From the NCBI RefSeq assembly GCF_000143415.4, contig NW_003314278.1:1324673-1388672 (forward strand): 64,000 nt of DNA, read 5' to 3'. This document shows positions 37,508 to 47,499 of the stretch, one piece after another. The position numbers were made by a program, and so were the translations under genes. The DNA comes from Selaginella moellendorffii. Taxonomy: Eukaryota; Plantae; Lycopodiophyta. How positions within the stretch are numbered: the stretch's first letter is position 1; every line of letters starts with the position of its first letter. The notes below the pieces were generated by a model, which was given only the letters and a program-made list of their open reading frames with translations, searched no databases and was not told the DNA's origin.

Positions 37508-39830
37508 GTAAATCTAAGACATGTGCAAATGCAAAAGTCCTTATAAGTTTACTTTGCAACACAAAAAGTACAATGTGGAAGAGAGTTGTTGCAGGAGGAG
37601 CACTAGAGGACATGGAGGAGAGTTGCTACAGGAAGAGTGTTGGAGGGAGGAGATATGTTGCATTGGAGGAAAGTAAGAGCCACTAGAGGAGTTGGGCACT
37701 AGAGGAAAATAAGAGTTGCTAGGTGGAGAGTTGGGCATTATACACAATACCATCTACAATAACTAACCCTAACAGAACTCAAATGGATATAATTTTCTGC
37801 ATTGCACTATGCAACAACGTTTGGTTTGCTTTGATATTTTCAATTTTTACATAAATAAAAAATTTATATGATGTACTCATTTTAATACATTTTTTTATTC
37901 ATATATAATTTAGAATTTTAGTACTTCTTGTTTATCTCTCAAAGAGTTCAACTTCTTATCAATTTTATTCTTCCTATAGCAAGCTTAAAGCAAATAATGA
38001 AGAATATAGGGAAGAAGTCCTACACTCTTGCAATACTAAAATCTTGCAAACTTTCCTTTAAGAACATTATTACCAGTCAAAAAGTTCACTTTTTTGAGTA
38101 GTCTGATGTGTTTGTCTTTATAGCATGTCCATAAACAGAAAACAAGGAACTTTTTACTTGCTCCTCATAGTAGAGTATCACAGTGATAGAAGAAGTTTGA
38201 GCTTCTTCTCCATGCAATGGGCAACAATATAATCAAGTGGCTGTAGTGATTGATACAAAAGTTCTCCTGGATCTTGCTTGTTAGGCTGGCGTGGCTAAGA
38301 CACTGATAAAGGTAAGTTCTGCAAAGATTTAATAAGGTTTTGCTGGATTGTCCTTACTGGGCTTACAGTTAGATCATGGGTGATCAGGAGCTCACAGTTT
38401 TGCACAAGATTTGATCAATCTTGCTTGAGCTAGGATCCTTGATCTGCCATGGGTGGTGATCAATGCATTCACAAAAGGTGCCGGAATGAAATCCAACAGC
38501 TTAAGCACTTTCAAAAGACACCCATTCTAGGCATTTGCAGTGATCATTGCATTCCAAGAGACCAAGGTCCTCTTGCTCAAAAATTCCTGCTGTGCTCATG
38601 ATCACATTTCCAAGATTGAGCTCCATGTTTCTAGAATTCTTCTGTGAATCGTCACTTCTTTCTCATACTGCACAGGTCACAAATCACCCAAGAAATCGCC
38701 TCATGGAGGCTGCAACACTCAATAGTTCTAGGACTGGCAGACAAGCCCTGTCCCATGGACAGCCACTGCTTCTTACGTGGGAATGTGCACATTACAGAGG
38801 TTCGTTTCTGTTTTCCAGTCTGTCTTTTAACTCCTCAAATGTCTTGATCATTATGGAGGGAACCCACTGAGAAAATACAGTGTTGGGCACGAGCTAAAAT
38901 CCTTTCAAAACGCAAAACCAGCAGAAAACACAGAAATGCTACCACTTTGGATTTATCTCTACGTCCATCTGAGCTTGCAGGTCTGTATGGTGGCCCTTTG
39001 AATTAGCTTACTTATCATGACTTGCAGGAAACGATGCTGCATGCTCAGTGATTACTTTCGAGACCGTAACCATTGAACAGTCGGTTATCAGATACGTTCA
39101 AGAAGTAAAGGACAACTGGGCATGGCTAGTCCTCTCACCCCATCTTAAAGGCTGCCTTTTTATACTGGACACGTCTGACGATCCCTCGGAGCTTGAACGT
39201 TTTAAAGAGCGCTTCAAAGTCGGTGACCCGTTCCAGTGCCATATAAGAAGTGTTAACCACGAAAGGAAGCAAGTGGATTTGTCTCTACAAAAACAAGTGA
39301 CGAACAATTCAAGAAAGGGGACCTGTTAGGCCGACGGATTACACGAGTTTTTGCTGGTGTTGGGACATACTGTGCAAGGCAGATGGGAAAGTTTCGGAAA
39401 AGTTCATGTAACGATACATGGATTGATGACCCAGCCAGTTTATTTACAGAGGGACAGTTCGTAAGGTCTTGGATTTAAAACGACCAGGGAGGGGAAAGAT
39501 GGGCTTGGAACTTTCAGTAAGTTGGTGGACGTGGTGGTTTTGAGTCCCTTCCGAGCTATCAAACACTTGAAAGGTAACTTCCGAGATTTGCATTAAACTC
39601 TGCATCCAATGCTCGTATTGTCAATTCCGTGTTGGAACTTAAGCAAGATATGAAGTGCAAGTAAGCAGAAACCTTGCATGCTGTGGACGTGACTTGTTTT
39701 TGTGTTGCAGGGTTTTGTCAAGAATGTGACGGAGAAAGGTTGTTTTGTGGTCCTGGCACCTTCACTTGAAGCTAGAATTCAACTGAAGAACCTATCGAAC
39801 TCGTTTGTACAAAACCCTGCAGAAATGTTT
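37508..39830 (+). repeat. Segmental direct duplication; partner at 61214-61257 and 61784-64000 (runs off the window)
   Basis: Near-identical sequence with small indels (ORFs 38547/62710, 38644/62807, 39048/63210, 37541/61717). Confidence 0.95.
38200..38720 (-). pseudogene. Decayed PLS-PPR fragment (duplicate at ~62330-62890)
   Basis: Minus-strand KRTLVSWNAMITANA*NG resembles the start of a PPR P motif; otherwise broken. Confidence 0.5.
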
Positions 39831-40470
39831 CCACCAGGCAAGGTGATATCGGGAAGGTATGAACTTTTCTCCGTGTGGAAGTGTTTGCTGATATCTTCTT
39901 CTTCGTCAGAATTTTAAGCATCAAGCCATTGTCTGGGCACATTGAAATGTCTTTGACGGCAACAACATCACAAGATTCAAGTGGCTGGAAGAAGTTTGGT
40001 GCTGGAGAGATCGTTAGTGGCCGCATACACAACATTGAAGCATTTGGGATCTTCATCAGCCTTGCCGAGAGTGATGTGGTAAGCTCTCTCTCTATCTTGG
40101 TTTCAAGTTCTTAGTCTGTGCTCCAGGTTGCTTGTGTCATGTCTCTGAAGTGTCTTACGATTTTATTCAAGACTTGTCAACACTTTACAAAGTCGGCCAA
40201 TGGGTTCAAGTAAAGATTCTAAAGGTGAGAACGAAAGACCACAGGGTTATGATTTCCCTCTACAGGTTGATGCGGAAACCAAACGTATATCTCTTGGAAT
40301 GAAAGCGTCATATCTGACCGAGCCGATGGAGGAAGAAGCTATAAATGAAGAGCCTTCGAACACAAATGTGCTCATGGATAATGATGAGAGGGAGGAGGAG
40401 GACTACTTGGATCTGGCATCAAAACGATTCCCACAGCTATGCATGTCGATCCACTCTCAACAAAGACGTT
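38860..40470 (+). pseudogene. RRP5: Internal fragment of RRP5 (S1-repeat rRNA biogenesis protein), with introns and frameshifts
   Basis: Consecutive S1 domains: YVQEVKDNWAWLVLSPHLKGCLFILDTS..FKVGD..VDLSL; GFVKNVTEKGCFV..PAEMFPPGKVISGR/ILS..IEMSL; GEIVSGRIHNIEAFGIFISL; YKVGQWVQVKILK/VDAETKRISLGMKASY; short GT-AG introns; no N-terminus and no HAT repeats. Confidence 0.88.
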
Positions 40471-40552
40471 GAGGATACAGTGCCAATTGACTTGAAAGAG
40501 CAGAGTTACTTCTTGTTTATATTTACTCTTCTCATGTCCTGCTTCTCAACAG

Positions 40553-41336
40553 GGAGGCTGCATATTTGCTATCAATGGGAGCCCATATTTGCTATCTTCT
40601 TGCATTTTGAGCCTTTCTCCCCTTCTGCCAGACTTTGTCTTATAGGTGCCGACCATTGTAAGTATCCACGCACGTACGCTAGTCCCACCAATGCCTCCGA
40701 TAAGTAACCAGTACGCAGCTCGCGCATGTCAAAACGTTAGATCAAGGTACCGTTTTGGTCATTCCCATCACTCCAGTCTCACGAGGTTTTTGCAGATATG
40801 TCGATACATTCAACAAAGGTAGCGTAACACCATCCAAGACATCATCGGACTCTCCTCCACTGTTTGGCGTGGTGCCAAAGGCAAGCGCAAAGCCTTTGGC
40901 TCCAGCGAGATTTTTTGTGCCTGCGGCCGCTGCTGCCGCTGCTCCAGATATCAACAGCAACCATTCGGTGGATCCTTCCTCGGCACCAACCTTTGTCTCC
41001 GACACCGCATTCTCAAACGGGAATGGAACATTCGCTCAGCTGGTTGTACAGGATATGAGAAATGATCCGGGGCCAACGCCTGATCATCTCTCGAGCAGCT
41101 CTTCGCCAGCAATGTTCTATTCGAATCACTATCCAGCAGCACCGTCGACCGTCTCGTTGCCACCACCTCCAGCGCTGCAAGTCACTCCGCCAGTGATGGT
41201 CGAGCAGCAGCAGCAAAACCAACACCAGGAAAGTTCGATTCATCGGCACCACCATCAACAGTCTGGCACAGTGGGATTCGAAGCTGCCAGTTCCTCCGGA
41301 GTGTTTGGAGACGACTTGCAAGAGGTGGAATTGTAA
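40553..41336 (+). pseudogene. SEC16: Second SEC16 fragment, with a ~1-kb internal deletion, directly downstream of the RRP5 fragment
   Basis: HICY..FEPFSPSARLCLIGADHCKYPRTYASP is joined at ~40686 straight to the PPMPP..NQYAARA..RSRY exon, then YVDTFN..DDLQEVEL*. It is the inverted copy of 37350-37470 and 35517-36321. Confidence 0.85.
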
Positions 41337-41554
41337 ATCACACTCCACAAGTAAGTAGTGTTGCTGGGTGGATTTTCGTAGAGCAGTGTAGTTAAGTAGT
41401 AGTCGTGGAAGGAGGAAATTTTTTTGGCTGGGGTGATTCTTTGGAGCCACGAGCGAAGCGAAAGTTGCTAGAGAAAGGAAACTCTTTACAGTGTAACAAA
41501 TAAAAGCCAAGGCCTTGTGATGAATATACCTCGAATAATCTCCCGGATTTAAAT

Positions 41555-42105
41555 ATGGCGCAGGTAGCTCACAAGGCATCGTCTTGGTGGGATGAAACGC
41601 TGGTTGTCTACGCGCGGTGTGGGCATTTGGAGGAATCGAGAAGGATCTTTGACGCATTGCCGGCCAAGAACATCGCGTCGTGGACGGCGCTCGCGACCGC
41701 ATATGCCGAGAGTGGGCATCCGGGGGAGGCCAAGGCAGCGTTCGATCGAATGGCGGTGTGGGACGTAGTTTCCTCCACTGCGATGGTCGAGGCGCTGGGC
41801 GATTGCGGGCGGATTGGATCGAGCAAGGCGGTGTTTGATGCGATGCCCGAGAGGAACTGCAAGACGTGGGCGATGCTGCTGCGGGGATTTGCTAGATTGG
41901 AGGAGCAAGAGAAGTGCTGGATCGGATGCCCGAGATGAATGTGGTAGCGTGGACGATCCTCGTGCAGGGTTTCACGCAGCGCGGGCGAGTGGGCGATGCG
42001 AAGGCTGCGTTTGATTCCATGCCCGAGAAGAACAGCATCACTCGCGTGGTGATGCTCGTCATGTTTGCGGAGAATGGATTCGTGAGGAGGCGGAGACAAA
42101 GATAA
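41555..42105 (+). pseudogene. PLS-class PPR fragment (tandem short S/SS-type motifs), frameshifted
   Basis: YARCGHLEESRRIFDALPAKNIASWTALATAYAESGHPGEAKAAFDRM... and, in the next frame, DRMPEMNVVAWTILVQGFTQRGRVGDAKAAFDSMPEKN. Confidence 0.85.
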
Positions 42106-42799
42106 TTAGTTGTTATTTCAATCTACATTGAGTTATAATTTAAATAGATTGCTACTTTGTCCTCTATGACATGCTAGATGGAGAAAAAGTGTTATATAAG
42201 ATCATATTTTTTATGCATTCCCCAAGTATTCTTTACAATTCAAATATTTATTTTAAGAGATTTTTTTTCTGCAGGCTATTTGCAAAAGAACACCAAACAG
42301 CTGATTGCATAAATAGAAGATGATGATCACATTAGATTATGGTTTTCAGACATGCAAATGATTCTTTCACAAGGTGTATGACCTATTTGCACACATATCA
42401 TATTTTTATATTCTTTATTTTTCTACAATACCTATCTTTTATAGCTTCAGTTTTGAGTATTTCTTTAATGTAGGCACTATATTTTTGGTTTGCTTAATAG
42501 ACACTGCATATGTGACTATCACAGTTAAATTATGATGGCCACATTAGCAATTTGAAGTTACGTTGCGTTAGTACATGTCACTGTCACTGTCATTTTTTGA
42601 AATCAATTTGAATGTTTTTCAAAACTAGCCTAGCTGGTTGACCACCATGAAACCTGCAATAGCAAGTTAAAATGCTGATGAGGCAGTTATTTCCTCCCGC
42701 CACTATTGCTGACATATTAATTCATGGTTTTAGAGTCTTGAGCAGAATGGGAGAGCAACAGTTGAATGATTTGGAGATTGTGTTCTCCACTCAATGTCA

Positions 42800-43760
42800 G
42801 CAAAAGTTTCTGTATGATGGTTCTCAATTCAGCAGGGGGAATTTTACTGCTCCCACTCCACCAAAGCCTCTGAAACCAATTAGAAATCGAGGGTATTGGT
42901 CTTTAAATGAATTGTTGGCTTTAAATGAAGCAAAGAAGCATGATTTCTTCTTACAGTAGCGAGGTAGCATTCAGGAGGCACAAGACTACAAGCATTCATT
43001 GGCAACAAGTTTCCGAGTAAGTTTTGGATTTTTTAGACTTCCAGTCATTAACTAAGTTTTCAGCTATTGTTTGACACATGGTGTGAACCATTTGCCTGGG
43101 CAATGCCAATCTCATTGGGAGTATATCTACAAAGAGTTCAACAAAATCAAGTCATATGAATATCATGTTCCTACTGGCAAAAGTAGTACTGGAACATGAT
43201 AATAGAGCAACGTCGTGAAGTTGATTTACCACCAAAGTTCAATGATCAACTCTATGCAATGATGAACGAGTGGCTTTAGGACTATCAAACTATAAATTCA
43301 CAGAGATAGACTTAGGAATCAATGTTTTCACCACCTATATCCCTAAAGGTATGTTTTGTAGTTTTGCTTATAATCACTTTTGGCAATGACAGGAAACAAC
43401 AACAATCTTGAAAAGCATAGTTCAGGCCGGCTGAGGAAGAAGTCCTGCACACAACTTGTAGAACAACTTGCAAGAGTGCTGTGTGACAACAATGTGAGCC
43501 TCATTAATACAATGGAAAATAGTTAGAAGGAAATTTGTTGTTATAATCTGAAGAAGGAAGAATTCATGGAGCGTACTCTGGTTGTGAATAGCCAGATGGT
43601 GAAGAGTGTGGATCAAGTAGCTCAAGCCTTGTTTGCAATTGTTGATTCTTTGGTAAGTCAATTCATTTTCTTATTCCTGAAATTAATTGTAGTTTACAAT
43701 GTCATTGATTACTATCTCCAAAGTGATGAAAGAGATGATGAACTGATGAAGATGTGATGA
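42800..43760 (+). pseudogene. Myb/SANT-trihelix DNA-binding ORF of the Harbinger element
   Basis: RNRGYWSLNELLALNEAKK..HWQQVSE/YC..QCQSHWEYIYKEFNKIKSYE..YWNM..RREVDLPPKFNDQLY, with stops and short introns. Confidence 0.75.
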
Positions 43761-43964
43761 TTTACCTGATCAACAATTCTAGGCCAGCATTCCCCCTTGC
43801 ATTGCCACTGCCAATATCCTTGGATCGATTCCATCAATTTAGATAGAGCATTTTTGTTGGAAGGACATGAGTGTTCATGTAAAGCTGTTTGTATCAGTTG
43901 TCTGGCAATAGAAACACAAATGGATCAGAGTTAGATTGAAAGGAAAGAAAGAACTTTGCAAGAG

Positions 43965-44222
43965 TAAGTACCAAGAATGCCACATTGCAAAATGACAATC
44001 TTTGTGTATGGTTGATTGAATCCCCTCTCAGTGACCACTGCTCGGGTATCGCCTATAAACTTGGCAATGCTGTGGGGATTCAAGATGAGATTTTTCCCAA
44101 GGGACGAAGGGAGGAAAATACATACTGGAAGTAAAGATTGTTGTGTTATCTTTGACCACCCTGGTACTCACAATCTTCCGGACAACATCCAGGCCTTCTA
44201 CCACCCGCCCTACCACCAAATT
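43965..44222 (-). pseudogene. CYP28: C-terminal fragment of a chloroplast cyclophilin (CYP28-like), intron retained
   Basis: NLVVGRVVEGLDVVRKIVSTRVVKDNT, a short intron, then SIAKFIGDTRAVVTERGFNQPYTKIVILQCGIL, which resembles the CYP28 C-terminus (VAKLIGDKRAVVAERGFNRPYSK). Confidence 0.75.
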
Positions 44223-44759
44223 CATTGGGAATTTCAAAGAATTCATTGGGAAACCAAGTAGGATCCCAACTTCTAGTGATAGAACAGCTTCAATGGCCTC
44301 AAGCTGCATTCCCTTGTGTCACCAGCCTCAAGCTGCATTTCCAAGTGCCTTCTGCAGCACCATTCCAAATCATTTTGTTCCCTTTTCCTCTTGCCGCCAG
44401 ACGACTCTCATTTAATCATTTTAAAACCTTCCCTATGAGAAGAACAGAAATGAACCTGAATGTTAGAATCAGACCAACACTGGCAGCAGCTATGACTCTA
44501 AACTCATCATAGCCCCCCTCTCTCTGCTCTCAGCCAGGTTCTCTGCTGCGCCCACATTCAAGCCCTGTACTGAAATCTCCGAATTAAAACCTTGAAAAAT
44601 AAAACAAAACTTGCATTTGTGAGCACGCTAAAATAAATAAATTTGTGAGCTTCAAGTGGATTTGTTTAAGTCTACTACATAAGTAATGAGAATGTTCCTA
44701 AGCTCCATAGCAATGACATGAGGCTCCGGTTGCCAGCTTTATGGTTGATTAATCACTGG

Positions 44760-46000
44760 CTCAGGCTCAATGTTTATTTCCCCTATGTCACCTATACCAA
44801 TAATGAAGTTATGCAAAATGCAAGTCATTTTTATGGCACTTGTTAATTGAGTGATGGTCTCAACTTTAACCAACTTCCTAACATCCTCTAATGACCTTTA
44901 AGCAATCCAAAACTTCTCTCACATACCATCCTCAAAGACGACAAGTAAAAGTTGAATGATTCCCTCAATTTAGTTCCATTTGCACTTGGAAATGGTCCAA
45001 CCACAGAAGCTCATAGTATCCTAAGTCTTCGATGATATACTTGCGAATTTGATATTGGCCTCTTGAGATTATTGGTCCGTTAAGAATCTCACTTGATTGA
45101 GCTCTTCTGTAGAATGAACTTTTCCTCAAAATAATTATATCATTGCAACTCCCAGGATCTCCAACTCAAATATCCAAGAACCTTGCTTCACTATCAATGA
45201 TTACTTGCATAACAATTGAGTTATTCTTGTCCTTGTTGTAATAATTACTTGCATAAGTGTTTCCAGGAAGTTCAACTTCAAAATATGTGTAGTCAATTGC
45301 ACCATAGCAATTCAAGAAGCCACAAAAACTCTCAAAACCTATTTTTACTATTGACAGATCTACTGGCCACACAAGAAATTGTCTTAGATGATGGAATGTT
45401 GAGTTAGAGAACTTCTAAAATACTTCCAAACAATTTCTTTAGAAACACCAAAATGCTCTATCAAACTAGCAAAAGAATCATTTAAAGCTAATCTTCGTAA
45501 AGCAATGGCAACTTGTTTACCAACAAAAACATATTGTAAGCTCTTGAATTTAGAGTTAAGCATCCTTGGGCTTGAATAGTACTGGGCTGGGTGACTTTCC
45601 AGGAAGTCCAAACTCAGGAGCTTACACATATCTAGATGGAATGTTTTTCAAATTTGGAGGCAATGTTGTTTGCATTGATAGAGCAATAAGTTTGTAGATT
45701 GTCATGAACTGCTCCTCAAAAACTTTGAAGAACTCTCTCCACCTTATTGGATCTTGCATTCCAACCTCATCCACCCAATGATGAAACCAATGAAGAGACC
45801 TTAGTCTGATATAGAAATTTCTCTCCTGAAAGAAGTTCAATTGCAACCAACTCCCAACTACTGCCAAGCACATCTGATGATACACTAGCACTAATTGTTG
45901 TTAAAGAGTAACTTCAAGCCTCTCATCCTCAAGATCTTCTCTAAGACACCTTCTAGATCTTCTATAAGCAACAACTAACTGATCAATTGTAGCAGCAGCC
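44760..46000 (-). pseudogene. PIF/Harbinger (HARBI1/ALP1-like, DDE_Tnp_4) transposase, degenerate
   Basis: RWREFFKV..F; KQVAIALRRLA..HFGVSK; NCYGAIDYTYF..YYNKDKNNSIVMQVIID; RMVCERSFGLLK; CILHNFI. Confidence 0.88.
45535..45626 (+). mobile_element. 92-bp Cassandra solo LTR inserted in the Harbinger transposase
   Basis: TSD CATAT at 45530-45534 and 45627-45631; TGTAAGC...GCTTACA; contains the 5S-like core GTTAAGCATCCTTGGGCTTGAATAGTACTGGGCTGGGTGACTTTCCAGGAAGTCC. Confidence 0.9.
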
Positions 46001-47499
46001 ACAACAACCACAGAAACCACAATAGTTGCCCTATTCATCCCACATGAACCCTAATGATGTAGCATTAATCAATGACAAATCAGCATTGACTCAATGGTAA
46101 CTTGATTTTGGAATATTCTAGAATAATCTGATGTGGATGATGGTTACATGTATAGCATTTTATCACTGTCAGTGCATAGAAAATGACAGTGATGATCACA
46201 TAGCATCTCTAAGCAAACCAACATAGGATATACCTAGGTATTCTTGAATATTCTATAATCTAATTGTTGATGTTTATTTAGACTAATCTTGTATTTATTC
46301 AAAACATTTAATAATGGTCATCACATTGACTACAAAGAGTTGACTATATAGTTGACTGATAGTTCTAGCAAAAAGATGTTGTTTTGAGAACTACATTGTA
46401 GTTCAATGTTTGGACATGTGTTTGTAAATGTGATTTTATGGCAAGGAAGCAAGAGCAATAGGAGGTCCTCTAGACAAGCTAACTTTTGAAGTTTAACCAG
46501 CTGTTACAGCTGTAGAGGGCTAGCTTTTGATTTTTTTTTGGTTGTTCTCTAGGCCCAATCTGTTAAGAGTGATGCAAAGAGACTGTTATTGATCAGGCCA
46601 GGGATTTCCAACTCAAAGCTATGTTTCTCATACCTAAAAAGTGTATCCATGAAATATATATATATATCCTCTTGTGGTTTCTCTTCTAAATTAGAAGATG
46701 AGTGCCTGAGGTTGTACATATTGAAGTCCAAACCAAAGAAGCAGATCAATGGATCTCCCCGTGATGCATCAATTATCAGCTGAACGAGGCAAGCAGCATA
46801 TATTTGATCCTCTTCTAGTCAATTTGCTTTGAAAAGCAATTTTTGTTTAGATCTAATGCAAAGTCTTCCACAAATTAGCTATCATATGTTTGAAAAGCTA
46901 CTTAATGTCATTCCATAAGCAAATTGATTTATAACAGGCTATCATGCATTACACAATTTGACTTTTGTATTGATTCCACAGGGAAATTTCACAGAATGGT
47001 CTCCACAGCCCGTTCATATTAGTCTCTAGCGTTAATTTAGTTTGCCTAAAATTTGCCAAAAGCTCTTTCTAATTCCACAATTGTAAGGGCAAAGTTGGAT
47101 ATAAGTTAAAGGGTAAGACCCACTATGAAGCAAACAAACTACTCTAGAATTAACTATCACATGCTAAAGTTTTTACACTGAATTTTACTTAACCATACTA
47201 AGCATGGGCAGAAAAGGAAGATCCTCTTGCACACCTAGGTGGAAAGATTAAGGATTGACAACTCTCTATATTCATAATAGAAGTTGAATAGGGGATTGGG
47301 GTAAACAAAATAAAAATATTTATCAGTGATCCATCACATCTATCAGAAAATACATTTTTCTTATAGACTCAGATAAAAGTTGGTTGATCCCCACTCTGTG
47401 TGACTAAGCAAAAGAATGAAAAAGCAAAAACTAAACTATCTTGTGTGTCTAACTAGGCTAGCGAATGATAGATTTAACAAAATTACTTAAACAGCTCGA

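Larger units (their letters stand above)
42495..46215. mobile_element. Decayed PIF/Harbinger transposon (Myb/trihelix ORF on +, transposase on -, convergent); ends approximate
   Basis: Both Harbinger ORF types are present. Loosely matching inverted ends (TATGTGACTATCAC ~42510 vs GTGATGATCACATA ~46190) lie next to TTA/TAA. Confidence 0.65.

Noticed and set aside
37760-37775. Telomere-like CTAACCCTAAC (also ~61985)
   Set aside because: Fewer than two units; not an interstitial telomere array.
35649-41336. Functional SEC16 or RRP5 genes
   Set aside because: Both lack most of their length and carry deletions, stops or frameshifts.
46500-46990. Possible transposase or gene fragment on the minus strand (..FFGLDFNMYNL..)
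   Set aside because: Too short and broken to assign a family.
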